NCBI GenBank assembly: GCA_949358305.1
Contig: OX442314.1
Location: 16,802,001-16,866,000, forward strand
DNA length: 64,000 nucleotides
Direction of reading: 5' to 3'
Origin: Strigamia acuminata
Lineage: Eukaryota
Of the stretch, positions 13,443 to 26,364 are shown piece after piece. The position numbers and the translations under genes were made by a program. The notes below the pieces were generated by a model. It had not been told where the DNA came from. It did no database searches and was given only the letters and a program-made list of their open reading frames with translations. How positions within the stretch are numbered: position 1 is the first letter of the stretch; each line of letters starts with the position of its first letter.

Positions 13443-16400
13443 ATGGAATTGACAAGTTTTCTGGTTTTTTGCGGATTCGTCATTTTTTCAGTTCTAATTA
13501 TCATAGTTGTGTCTGTTTTCGGGATGCATGAGAAATCGTACGACGAAGCTGTGGTCGAACAACGAAGCAAAGATCAAGGAAGCGGATTGGTCTTGAAAAG
13601 TGGAAAAGTTAATAAGGACAAGAAGAAGAAAAGTTCTAAGAAGCAGAAGGAAAAGGAAAAATTAGTTGAGAAGGAAAAAGTGGCCATCAATGTGGCAGTT
13701 GCAAAGATTAAAAGTAAACCGCGTGTAGCAACACTTCCATTAGCCGAAGTGAAACCGTTGTCAGTAACCAAACCTGTGGTTTTGCAGACAAAAAACATTA
13801 AATCTTCGAACGTTAAATCTTCGAACATTAAATCGGTTGAAAACGAACCGGAATTGAAATCCGTCTCAGTGAAGAAGATGATTAAAAAAGAAATCATCGA
13901 AACTGACAGAGAGAAGGGAAAAAATAAGAAAAATGCATCGAAACCCATCAAAGCTGAAGTTAAGCCTTTGAAAGCTGAAAATCAACCCGTGAAAGTTGTT
14001 GAATCCAAGATAATTAAAGCCGAACTTAAGCCGAAAGTCGAAAATAAATTAATCAAAACCGAAGTTAAGGTGATAAAAACGGAAACCAAAGCGGCGAAGA
14101 AAGAAGCGAAGACTTCAATTGTGAATCCAAAACCCAATAAAACTGAGACGAAGCAGAAAGAAGTGAATTCCAAAGTGGAACAGAAAGCAGTTAAGGTTGA
14201 GCATAAGCCTGAGTCGGAGGGTCGTAACACTTCTCAGAGGAATAATGCTGAAGTACAAAAGAAAAATACTTCCAAGATTGACGAGAGTGCGTCACTCCCG
14301 CAATCACCAACAAAAAGGGCCAAGAAACTGAAATACGATTTGAGTAAGAGATTTATTTCATTCTGTACTTTAATGTGTGTAATATTAATTAATTTTTCTT
14401 TTTAGGTTCTGGAGATAATGGCATGAATGGAATATATTTAGCGACAGTGCTGCGCAACGCTATTTTAACTGATGCTGAATTACAAACGTTAATTGAGATT
14501 CTTCTGAATCGTCAACAGGAAGGTGAATCTTGGATCAAGGTAATTTTTTTAATTTTAAAAGAATTTTAGTTTTATACAATTGAAATTGTTTTGTTTTTTT
14601 TTCGCAGATGGGTCAGAAAATCGATCCATTTTCCGCATTAAAAAAGCAGTTGCAGGAAACCGAGCAGAAATTGGCGGATGAGCAGATGACATCGCAAACA
14701 ACGAGTAATAAGTTGAAGGAATTGCGGCAGGAGTTGACGAAAACGAGTCAAATGGAAAGATCTTCACGAGAAAAATTTTTAGCTTCTCAACAAGAATTGC
14801 AAAATTTGCATTTGCATTATCAACATCAACACGACCAACACGTGTCTGAAATGAATGGTTTACAAGTGTGTTTATTGAATGCAGCTTGCATTGGATCATA
14901 GTTACGAGTTATTGTTGTTTTAGATGAAGTTCCAGCAAGTTCAGGTGAAGAGTAGCGAGGAGCATCGACTCGCGCTGCAACATGTGCAAGATGAAAACGA
15001 AAAATTAAAACAAGCTCTTGCGCAAATGGAAGTCACGTATGTTCATATAAAATTCCATAATAATTTTGCACAAAAAAAAGTCAGAATTTATTTATTAAAA
15101 ATTATTATTTTTTGTTTACTAGTAAAAAAAAGTCAGAATATATTAAAAATTATTATTTTTTGTTTACTAGTTCAAAATCTCTGACTTCCAATGAAATTGC
15201 TCGTCTTCAGTGCGATGTTGAACAATGGCGAATAACGTGCGAACAATACAAAGAGCAATTGACATCTAGTCAGCAAGGTGAAAACGAGCGACAACAGCAC
15301 ATGCATCAGCTCCAACAGTGCATTAAGGATTTAAAGAATCAAGCTGTAAATTAAAAATTTAAGCTTAAAAAAACGTCGAGAATTGAATGTTTCGATCGAT
15401 TTTTTTGTAGGGACAGCAAGAGAAGGCAACGCAACAAGAAATGAACGATTTGTTAAAGCAGATGAGCCAATTGGAATCCAATCGGAATGCATTGCAACGT
15501 GATTTGGGTTTGTATCAAAACGTACAAACTGAAAATAACACTTTGCACAATAAGATCCGAGATATGGAAAAGACAAATAATAACATTTGTCAGAGAATTC
15601 AGGAACTTGAAGACCAGGTCCTTGTAAGTGTGATCATAAATAGTTTTCTGCAAATATATTTTACATTTTAAAATATTAAACAGAATGCAGAAGCAAATCT
15701 CAGCGTATGCATGAAGGAAAACGATGTCAAGTACGATTCAATTAATATTTTCGTATCTAAGCGTGTAAATGAATAAACTTTGTGAAATGTATAGGCACCA
15801 AGAAGCACAACACGAACTCGATCAGGTGCATCAGAATAATGAAATGCTTAAGATGAAGATCGAAGAAACCATGAAAGATATCGTGGCTAAAGAATCTCTC
15901 TTAACCAAACAAGAAAATGATCTCGCACAGTACTTAGACGAAGTCCAGCAAGTGACGAAGGAATTAAATATACAACGGGAGAAAAATAATGTAAATTGAA
16001 AACTATTTGCATTTTAATTGGGTATTGGTTTTGAAGCTGCGAAATAACACAAATAGTATGTGACGAACCAGTTTATACGAAGCGTTGTTATTAGACGTTT
16101 AAAAAATGAGGAGATTTAACTAGGCTGAGAAGAAAAAGAAAGGCTAAAGAAATGGCCGTAACTCTCACGAGTATTAAATTTGTAGGAATTGCGCAGAAAA
16201 AATTGGAAGGCAATGGAAGCGTTGTCAAAAGCTGAAAGAAGGGTGGAAGACAAAGTAAATAAAATGGAGAAACTAACGGGGGTAAGTTAGTTAAAAGTAA
16301 CTGCTTGGGGAATTTGGTGACGGAATATTAGTAATTAACCGGCTATACGTTTTCAACGGCGCTTTTTGCGAGGTGTACGAGTGAGGTGTTCGAAATTTGA

Positions 16401-17485
16401 ATTAAGAACGTGTGAAATTTGTATCATTTCAGGAAATTAATCGTTTGTTGAGTAGGTTTGTGCCTGACAGTGATTGCGATCTCAACGAAGATTTTGGCGG
16501 TTGGATGAAACAGTTTGAAGGAATTATCAAAGTATCTCAGTCAGCTGCCAGTTTAAAGGAAGAGCTGGCACGTGTCAAACAGATTGCAGAAGAATCTGAA
16601 AAAACGTTGAATCTGCAAGTGAAACATTATCAGGAAGTTCTATCTGAAACGGTATGATTATTTATTATTACTCGTTTAGTTTTTATTGATTTTGTTGATT
16701 TAATTCCAGGAAACTGCACTGCATAATCTGCAAAGGAGAACTGAGGACGAAGAAGTAGCTTGGAAAGAAAAATTAGAATATACGGAGAATGAGATCAAAC
16801 AGGTTTGATAATTCTTTTTTCAGTTATTTTAATTTTTTTTATTATGATTAATGTATGATTTGTGTTGTTAGTACGAAGAAAGGTTAGAGAATCTTCACGG
16901 GAAACTACTTATCGAGCAAAATGAACGAAAATTAACTGAATTAAAAGCAACTGAAGTAAATAATTGAAAGAAAATCTGTCGATTTTCATCAAAATTTAAC
17001 ATAAATTTTTCTTTTCTTTTTCAGACGCGTAAATCAGTTCAGAATTTTCAAGAAATTATAGATGCTAAAACTAAAGAAATTTTCAAACGAGAAGAAATCG
17101 AAAATTCATTGAATAAAAGATTGCATGCAAGTTTTGATTGATTTTAAAGTGTTTTGAGACATTTAGTAATGGTTTATTTGTTTATTAGGAATTAGAGGCC
17201 CACTTACAAGTAGAAAAGAAGTCCGTAAAAGATTTAACTACGCAAGCGGTTAAACTCAATAGTTTAGTGCGCATCGGAGAAGATTCGTTAAAAGCCGAAC
17301 AAAAAGTTGTCAGAGAACTACAGAGAAAAATTGCTGATCAAAAGACATTTAAAACTACGAGTAATGGGACATCTAATGATGCAATAGATGAAGTAAGTTA
17401 ATTGGAATTAGAAATATTAAACTTCGATTTATTATTTATTATATTTTTAATTGGTGTTTTTAATTGTTTACAGAATACTAAATAA
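13443..17485 (+). CDS. Kinectin / ribosome-binding protein 1 (RRBP1/p180)-like ER coiled-coil protein
   Basis: N-terminal TM followed by FGMHEKSYDEAVVEQR, a Lys/Pro-rich region, LTDAELQTLIEILLNRQ, long coiled coils, ELRRKNWKAMEAL, and a C-terminal KLNSLVRIGEDSLKAEQ. Confidence 0.85.
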
Positions 17486-18355
17486 ACGACATTGCAAAAA
17501 AATAGTAATTTAAAAAATAAAAACCGCTTACATGTTTGTATGAAAGGCGAAGCATTATTTTCAAAGCAAATTTCTCATTAATACAATAGTAAGGCTAGGC
17601 ATAAATTTATTAATAAATTTTAAGTGGATGTTACGTGAATGTATCGTTACATTTTTTGTACGAATTTTTGTCAATTTAAAAGTGTCATTCTCTTTTTGCT
17701 ACTTAATGCAACTTAAAGAAAGTTGGCACGTATGGAGCTTATTCTTTTTGTTTTGTTTGTTTTAGATTTTGAAATGAAGTACGGTTACGGAGCATTAATA
17801 TATATATATTGATAAATAAATTTTGACATACTGTTTATGAGTAGGAAGGATATTTCTATAGTGTTTGTTTTACACTGTATTAATCAGAGATTAATTAGTG
17901 CCATAAATTATTTCTTCATTTGTAGCACTGCTGAATAAATAAATGAATAACTTTGCCTACGCGTGTAGCATTTATTTTCAAAATGAACCGTTTGAATTTA
18001 ATTGTTTTAGTTTTGCTAAAGTATAGGTCGATTAAATTTTTTTTTTGAAAAAATTTAATGTAATTCGAATTAAATATTGCCTAAAGTACTCCGTTTTTAT
18101 TTTGCTATGTAATTATCGGTGTAGGAATCAATATGAATGTGTATGGTGTATTCACGTGATTACAGTAAACCATACGTACCAAAATAATATTTCTTTGGAA
18201 GTCTTCAAATCGATTGTGTTGTAGTTTTAGTTGTCAAGACGATCAAAACATGTATTTTTCCTCTTACGTGTAAACTGTATTTAGCTCTTCGCATAAACTA
18301 CGCATCCAAGTGCGTGAACATTTGTTACGTTGTTCAAAGAAGATAAACGTTAACG

Positions 18356-19455
18356 ATGAAAGTAGGAACTGTTGTTTCATCACATCGTACGTACATTTCT
18401 CTATTTACTGCACAATATTTTGTTCGATCATACTTTCACGTTAAAATTTCAGCACCGGAAAAAATTCACATTCATGGGTTAGAAAACTTAATACCTCTTG
18501 ACCAACTGTTAATCGAACAGGAAAGCGATCATTTGGAGAGTAAGGAACAAATTTAGAGAAATAACTACCGGTATTTATTTTTAATTAAAAAAAAAATTGA
18601 TTTATCTAAATTAAGATGCAATCGGGATTGAACTACCTAATAAATATAGACTCCTTAGTCCTACTGGTCAATTATTGTATTCTGCTGCCGAAAGTGAGTT
18701 AATTTTACGCTACTTAGATTGATCACACGCTTATATTGATTTTCATGAATTTTATAGGATCTGTTCGCCAAGGAGGAGCTTTAAGACCATTCGATATTCG
18801 CATATCTTCGGCAAACCAAGAAATTCTACGAGTCACGCGACCGTTTCGTTGCGACTGCTGTCTTTGTCCTTGTTGGCTTCAGGTGGGTTTTATTTACAAC
18901 GAGAAAACGATGTATAAATTTTTAAAATTTAATTTACTTAAATTATGTATATGTAGAAAGTTACCGTAAAACATCAACGGAGCAACATCCTCGGTTACGT
19001 CATTCAAAAATGGAGTCCTGTGGGTTCCAAATTTGTAATTACTAATAGCCATGAAGATCCCATGTTGAAAATTGATGGACCGCTTTGTACCGCTTTCTGC
19101 GCGAAAAACTCTGACTTTAAGGTATGAATGAAAATCAATTGCGAGTAGTTTTAAAATCAATTTATTCAACTATTTGCAAGATCTTGTCTTTACAAAACGA
19201 GGAAATTGGAATTATTCAAAAGCAGTGGGGTGGTTTTGAGCAAGAATTGCTGACAGATGCAGACAATTTTTCTATAACTTTCCCAAGGGGATTGGATACG
19301 CACTTGAAAGCAGTGTTGCTAGGGGCTTGCTTTCTTATTGTAAGTGCAAGCTATAATGTCCGACACTCGGGAGTGTTAATCGATATTTGTATTTTTTTTA
19401 GGATTTTATTTACTTCGAGTCGATCCCAACACAGCAAACGAGACGACGACGTTAA
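18356..19455 (+). CDS. PLSCR: Phospholipid scramblase family protein
   Basis: GLENLIPLDQLLIEQ, LRPFDIRI..QEILRVTRPFRCDCCLCPCWLQ, IGIIQKQWGGFEQELLTDADNFSITFP..LKAVLLGACFLIDFIYFE. Confidence 0.92.
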
Positions 19456-19599
19456 TTATAGTGGTAATGGGTTTTTACTTTTTTTTTTTTTTGCATAAAT
19501 GTAAAGTTTTTTTAATTGCACTTTCGATCGTTTCTGATAAATTTAATTTATGTTAATGAATTGGCAAGGGAAAACTAACAAAAAATTTTAAAATTCACG

Positions 19600-19990
19600 T
19601 AATGTTATGGTCGTGATCGTCAAAGCTACTGGTGATACGTGTTGTATTGATTTGGTGTGTAGATCTTATGCAAAGACAATTTTATGACGCATCGGAAAGT
19701 TCCACAGGTTAAATGGGAAAAAAAACACGTTTACTAAATTAAATGTATGTTTGTCATGCGTTGTTTTATTGGCAATCGAAAAGAGAATTATTTGTAACTT
19801 TTATTGCCCGGTGTGTTTGACCGCGCTTGTCCTTTTCTTCACAGATCGTTGGGCAAGTTTTTAAGATAGAAATGTTGGCTTCACAGCAATACGTTGTTGT
19901 GCGAAAGAGAAGTCCTAGTTTTGATAAGCGGTTATACATTTGCACATCATACATAACACAATGCCCACACTGCTCAAACTTGCTCAAATT
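19600..19990 (-). mobile_element. Possible highly decayed hAT transposase relic (BED-finger region)
   Basis: Minus-strand pieces in different frames (GIVLCMMCKCITAY, RTSL, FA*DLH) resemble the BED finger C..CK...AY...GTS and the downstream xAKDLRP motif. Heavily disrupted. Confidence 0.3.
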
Positions 19991-20562
19991 TTAATGTGTT
20001 AAATAAATACGGAGTACATTTTTATGATGAAATATTTTAAGTTTTAAAATACTGCTAACAGGGTCTTTAATGGAACATTCCGCTGACCTTGTAGCTTTTA
20101 TGGCTGAAAAGTTATTTTTTTCTTGGGGATATCGATTACGGCTTCAGTTTTTAATATTTCAAGTTTTCAACCAGCAATGAATTTTGTATAAATGTTATCT
20201 TGATTAGAGTGTAAAATACAGATAGTTGACAGAATGCAAATGGCAAAAACAAACATTGGTTTCTATAGGTACATCTCGAAACATTATCTGATTAGTTAAT
20301 AATTTTAAAATTTTATAAGGTAAAAAAATTTATCGAAAAATTTCAAAAAAAGAGTACAAGTACTGGTTACTTGTAGGGCCTACTATTGATAGAATATGTA
20401 AGATTATCCTAATCATGATCACCCAGTTGTCAGGTTAAAAAAAACGTAATATTTTTATTAAAAATAATTTTAATAAGTACATTGTGACCCTTTACTTTAA
20501 TTAACAGTATATAAACGTAAGTACCGTCCACCAATTTGATCTCTGGCAATAACAAATAAGCT

Positions 20563-22245
20563 TTACATTGATACAGTTTCGTACCAAAACACAACATGAT
20601 CTCCATTTTGGGGATAAAAAGTGTCCACACCTTTTTTTAATTTAAAAAAAAAATGATAAAAATTAATATTTTTATCTTGTGAACGCACAAAAAGCACTAA
20701 TTTACCTGTGTCGGTTCGTGTAGGGAATTTATCATTTTCTTTGAGAACCCCTAACATCCAAAACATATTTGTAGTTAAATTTTCTCTTACTCCATTAATA
20801 CTTCGAATATAATGTCCATAACTTGACTCGGTAGCCTCAAATCTGAAATATTTATTACAAAATTAAAAAAAATTGTTGAAACAAGTAAATGTGTAAAAAA
20901 AATAACTTGTAATGAGAATCCTGTTTTGCAGCTATTTTCATTATTTCATAAAATGACAACCCCGATGCAACAGTCTGTTTTAATTGTATTTTTTCGTTAG
21001 CATCATCTCCTATCCACAGAGAATAAATAATGGAAATTGTTTTAACTACAATTGTACTTTCACTAACAGTATTGATGATCCTAGTTGTAGAAGTGTGACC
21101 TGCGGTTTATATAAACTTATTATTTAATTTTATGTTCAAAATTTCTGTACGGAAACTCTTAAACTTACTCGCAGTTGTACATTTAATTTGTAATAAATCA
21201 ATATAATTTTTTGCGTATAACGAAGGATAAATCTGCACAGTCGCAGCATTATTGCCAATTGTACCATCTTCTTTTTGAGAATCGAGAAAGTAATAAATGA
21301 TTGCAGATGCATTCCAATCTTTATCGTTTGCATGCAACAAAGCTTGAGCAACAACTGCCGACGTGTCAACATTGCCAAAATTACCGCCAACATTTTGACT
21401 CTTTTTCAGTTCGTTCGTAGCTTTATTGATAACGTTATTTAATTTTGTAGACGGGTTAGTTTTTACTACACATTCAATTGCCTGCAATAAAACTGCAATG
21501 TAATCTAATAAAAATAAAAATAAATAAGTGAAATAAATAAATAAATAGTTAATTCAGGTAATACCCCGCAAGTATGTTTCCTCACTAGTAAAATTGTGTA
21601 AATATGACACCATTAGTTCGATTTTATTTTGATCGACTTCCGCTCCCGCAGCGCATAAAGCGAGAGAAACATAACCCAATTCAAATGAGTTGTATATTCT
21701 CATTGAATTCAGTTGTTCCACAAGGTTTATTTGATGAAAATTGAATACATTTTGGCAGGTGGCAACCAAACCACAAACGAACATAGCCAAACGACCAGCT
21801 CTCATTGGATTTTCAACATCATCGCTGAGCGTAGAAATAGATATGAAGCGATATTATTTACGCAATTAGTTAATTATTTTGTAATTATATATACTTAAGT
21901 AATTCAGACAACAGTTCAACTTGCATCTGCTTCACACTTGGTAAATTTTGACTGCCCCAACTATTATCTACCAGCTGTAACGCTGTAATTATTCTCGGTG
22001 TATCATAACCCCAACCGTGATCTGCGTGTTTCAGCGATATGATTTTACCGTAACTTTTCTCCCGAAACGAATCAATATTTGCAATACTTTCTAGAACATT
22101 GGCTGGAATCAAAGTTGGACACAAATAATTAAGCTTATTATAATTAAATTAAATAATTATAGTTTTTCTTACCTATGTCACTTATTGTAGCAGGCACGAA
22201 TACTATTGTCATTAAAAAGCAAACTACGAAGAAATGCGCTGCCAT
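20563..22245 (-). CDS. Secreted transcobalamin/gastric-intrinsic-factor-like cobalamin-binding protein (alpha barrel plus DUF4430-like beta domain)
   Basis: Signal peptide MAAHFFVVCFLMTIVFVPA; GWGYDTPRIITAL; GRLAMFVCGLVATCQN; LGYVSLALC; GNFGNVDTSAVVAQAL; QKEDGTIGN; C-terminal FYEIMKIAA..SSYGHYIRSINGV..FWML..GVDTFYPQNGDHVVFWY. Confidence 0.85.
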
Positions 22246-22835
22246 GTTATCAATTATAAGTAGTTTATAATGCTAGTTTTAAATTCGCGAGTTGCTGAGG
22301 AAAAGGTATATATATATACCTTTACATTTCCAAAAATTGTGACATCACGACGCATTTCCAGGAAATGTTTTAATATTTATTGGTAATCAGAATTAGAAAT
22401 TATTTATCGGTGTGACTGACAGATGGAGATAAGAAAAATTTCAGTTTCGCAGAACTTTTGAATCATCAAGAAAAAACTATAATGCTTATTATTAGCACAT
22501 CAAACTCAAACTCCACTTGCGTGTTAGAAGATTATTTAACAAAAAAAAAATAAAAAACAAGGTAGCATAAAAAGCGACTCGATTTAAACATTTTTATCTA
22601 TAAATTGGTTACAAAATATTACAATACCAATGCATATACGAAATTTAAAAATGTTATACAATAATAAGATTATTAAATGACTAATCCACTCCCTAATATA
22701 CAATTATTTCCACCTTTGCACATGTAACTCTAAAACTCGGCAAAAATATATTCCAATTTTTGCCAAGAAGTGTTCGCTGAGTGCTGAGTGTAGATGCTGT
22801 ATTATTGCACTGTGACTTCGGTGATCAACTGCTGA

Positions 22836-25001
22836 CTACTTCTTGTGAAATTCTTCGATGCAAAGGTGGCAACTCCAACTTCCTGCAATATTATTTCACA
22901 TTATTTTACATTATATTTTCTACAACCACTAATCACAACAGACCTTCTGGTGGCTCTGAAAGAGGTGGGCTTAAGCAATACATGTGGTAACCACGATCAC
23001 AGTCGTCACAAAACAGAAGCTGATCCTACAAAAATTTAAATTTTTTGTCACACTAATTATTTTGCTAAATATTCTCATTACATCGTTGTCAGAAGTCCCA
23101 CATATTGTACAGCACTTGCACTCAATACACTGCCATCGATACTTCTTTACAGATATCATCATGTTCGGAGTGAACTGAAGGCAGGTCGGGTGACCTGTAA
23201 AATAAAGACAAAAAAAATAAAATTAAACTTTGATATTTATTAACAGAATGATATTTTATTTTCACCTGATCGTCCACAATCTGAACACGACACAAGCTCT
23301 TCTGCCACTCGGGTTTTCTTATTCTCTGCAGCGTCGCCTAAACAAAAATCGCAATACGGACTGGGCGTAGCAGGCGTCTTCCCAGTTTTAGGTCCTAGAA
23401 ATAAACGAAAAACAACAACATACTAAACCAAACGCTTACAAACGTGTATTTTAACAATTAATTTTAATAATTTTTTAATTTTTCAGGTTGTAGCTTTTAG
23501 TTTTAAATTTCATATTAATTTTTACTGACAAATCAAACTGACGCCATTTAGTTAAGACAACACAAACAACTGAAATATTAAGATTGATCAACCAATCAAA
23601 CCGGAAAAATGGCTGGAAGTTAAAGATCTAAGCAGAGAATTTACAAGAAGAAAACAAAAAATAAAAACACGTGCTATTAAAAGAACTTTAGAAGGTAGTA
23701 CTAAAAAAAGCATAGAACCAAAAGCACAACGAGGAAGCCAATATACAGAGGTGCACACCGAATAAAAAGTACGCAGGGAGATAGGGACAATGGGAGGGAG
23801 CGGGTGCAAAATGGCCCCATACCAGGGTGCTTCAGAAATGTCAGGAAGCTGTCCTGAAATTTCTTCAAACCTGCAAGCGGATCGTTGGTGCTCATCGATG
23901 GCTTGACAGGTGGTGAAGGTGCTGTACTCTCATCGTCTGTGACTTCTGTGACGCCGTTGTGGCTGTGCGTGTAATGATAGGTGAGGCCCGGACGAGTTTT
24001 GTAACGGGCTCCGCAAGCTGAAAAGTACTTTTAAGTATCTAACGTAATAGTTCATTCATTTGTAACCATACCTTCGCAAACGAAAGGTTTCTCTACTTCT
24101 GAAGCTGCATCGTATTTTTCAGTCTTCCTTTTTCCTCGAGTACTCGCCTGCGATTAAACCCAAAATTAATCAAAAATCTTTTCTTTTTTAAATAAAATAA
24201 GCACCTGATTTACCTTTCTTTTCTTCCGTTTAGTGTAGGTCTCCTCATAGTCTTCGTAATCTGACTCGGGATCGTTTATTTCACCAGCATCTGGTGGTTC
24301 ACTAGCATCTTCGTAATCCTGATACCAAGAATCTTTAGAATCAGCTCCTTTGTCGTCCCTGTCGTCGCCATCAACTTTAGATGCAGGATTTTCAACTGCA
24401 TTTATTTGATGGATATCTAGAGATACAAATAGAAAAATTCTTATTGATTTATTTGCCAAAAAAAAACAAAAAAAACAAAAAAAATCTCACGGACCGGAAT
24501 CATTCATGTCCATGTCCCGAGATCTTGCCGGCCGAAGGAAATTGATCAAGTATTGACGCCGCTTCTTCCGCCATCGTTTTGATGGGTACGTGTATAATTG
24601 ACCAGCTGCTTGACCAGGCATTCGATGACGTTTACTCATCCACAAACTGCAATTGCTCTGAGCCACTCCTTCAACAAAAAATTAAATGATTAAGTATTAA
24701 AACCTTTGTCAAATTTCATTTTTTTAAATTTTTTTTTTTTACCAGTTTGGGCGTCTAAAAAAGGAAGTCTCAGTTTTCTTTCAAGACACAGTCTCGTGTT
24801 ATAGCTGGAAGATTGTTCTATCGATTCTTTGTATGACGGATCTGTTAAATGGCTGCAAGAAAATGATTTTTTTGTTTATTTTTTTTTGTTTTGGATTCTT
24901 TTGTTGCGTGCTCTCACTAACCTTTTAATCCTCATCATTGCAACTTGATTTATTTGGAGAGCTGGCTCCTTCGTTTGTGTTAGTGCTGGCATTTGTAACA
25001 T
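22836..25001 (-). CDS. DPF2: Zinc finger protein d4/requiem (DPF1-3/BAF45 family, BAF complex)
   Basis: Requiem N-terminal domain ([38 protein letters not shown]), C2H2 finger ([22 protein letters not shown]), and a double PHD ([53 protein letters not shown]). Confidence 0.95.
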
Positions 25002-26364
25002 GATGTGAATGTTTCTTCTTCCGAGTGCAGGAGAGAGAATAAGCCGAACACGGATGCAGTACGGTTAAACTAAACCTAATCTAACAATTTCTACATCTCA
25101 TTGTACGTACGTGAGACAAATGTAATTAACCCTAATTTTAGTTTGGACTGAAATTATAATAATGTGATGTACGTAAGTGCCTTGTGAAGAGCGGCTAAAA
25201 AAAGATCCAAAATGGAAAATGGCTGTCAAGTCAAACGAGCGGTTTGTTAGCACTAATCGATTTAAACGGCCCATGTGCCGACATCTATGGAGCATTTTTC
25301 AATCTAATTTTGAAGTCTGATTTTTAGGAGTTTGTTTATTTATTATTTCTTTTTGGCGAGTGATCAAATGAATGGAAATATAGTTTCTAATAACTAGGAC
25401 ATTTATTTTTATAATTAACTTATGTAAGAAAATAACATATTGAATACACACAGTACATTTTACATCAAATACATTAAATTAATTGTAACCTGACAAAATA
25501 CATATAATACCTAAGCAGGAACATTATAATTTAAGTGCTTGTCCTTAAAAGAACAAGTTTTTATTGCCTTCATTTTTAGTCTTTTACCAACGCAAAAAAT
25601 TGTAACTTTAATCTTACACCAAATTCAACCAACTACAGCATACATGGCTCGTACATATAAAAAAAAGTAAACCCAAAATTTAACCACAAAAAAACATAGT
25701 AAAAAATAAAAATTATATAACAAAATAATTGTAAAATATTAATCAATAAAAATTGTAAAAAAAAATTATTAAATAAACAACAAATAAGTTGAAAATAAAT
25801 ATTTTTAAGTATCCATTGAATGGCTATAAATTAAATAAATGCAGAATACTCAAGTTTTAACAAAATCACTTTGCAAATTGCAAATTACAAAAAAAAATTA
25901 CAAAAAATATATAAAAAGATGTAACAAAAAGAGCTGCCATTATAAATTCCACTCTTAAGATCATCGGTATATGTTTATATGCATATTATGCCGTACTAGA
26001 TGGGTTAACACACTTTTTAATTATTATAAGACCTATATTTTAGAAAAATTTCATTTCTCTTTAATATTTTTGGTCCCCATTGTCACATTTACGAGGCAGG
26101 TAAACACATGGTATCCAGGGGAAACAAACAATATTTCAATTTTTCCGCGTGCTAACTCAACTAAAGACGAATTATTATTCCATTATCTTTCCTAAGATAA
26201 CACCAGTTCATAGAAAAAATACTTTGAAACATTTACATTAATATAAAACAACTGTAAAAAAAAAAAAAACAAAAAAAAAAGGAGAAAAAGATGATTCTAA
26301 AATTGTCAATTTTCATCATTCGGAAATGATTTGAGTATTGCATCGATCTTGAGCAAAAGTAATT

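Noticed and set aside
25060..25090. ctaaacctaatctaac resembling TTAGG telomeric repeat or telomerase template
   Set aside because: Too short and degenerate, and it lies in the DPF 5' leader region.
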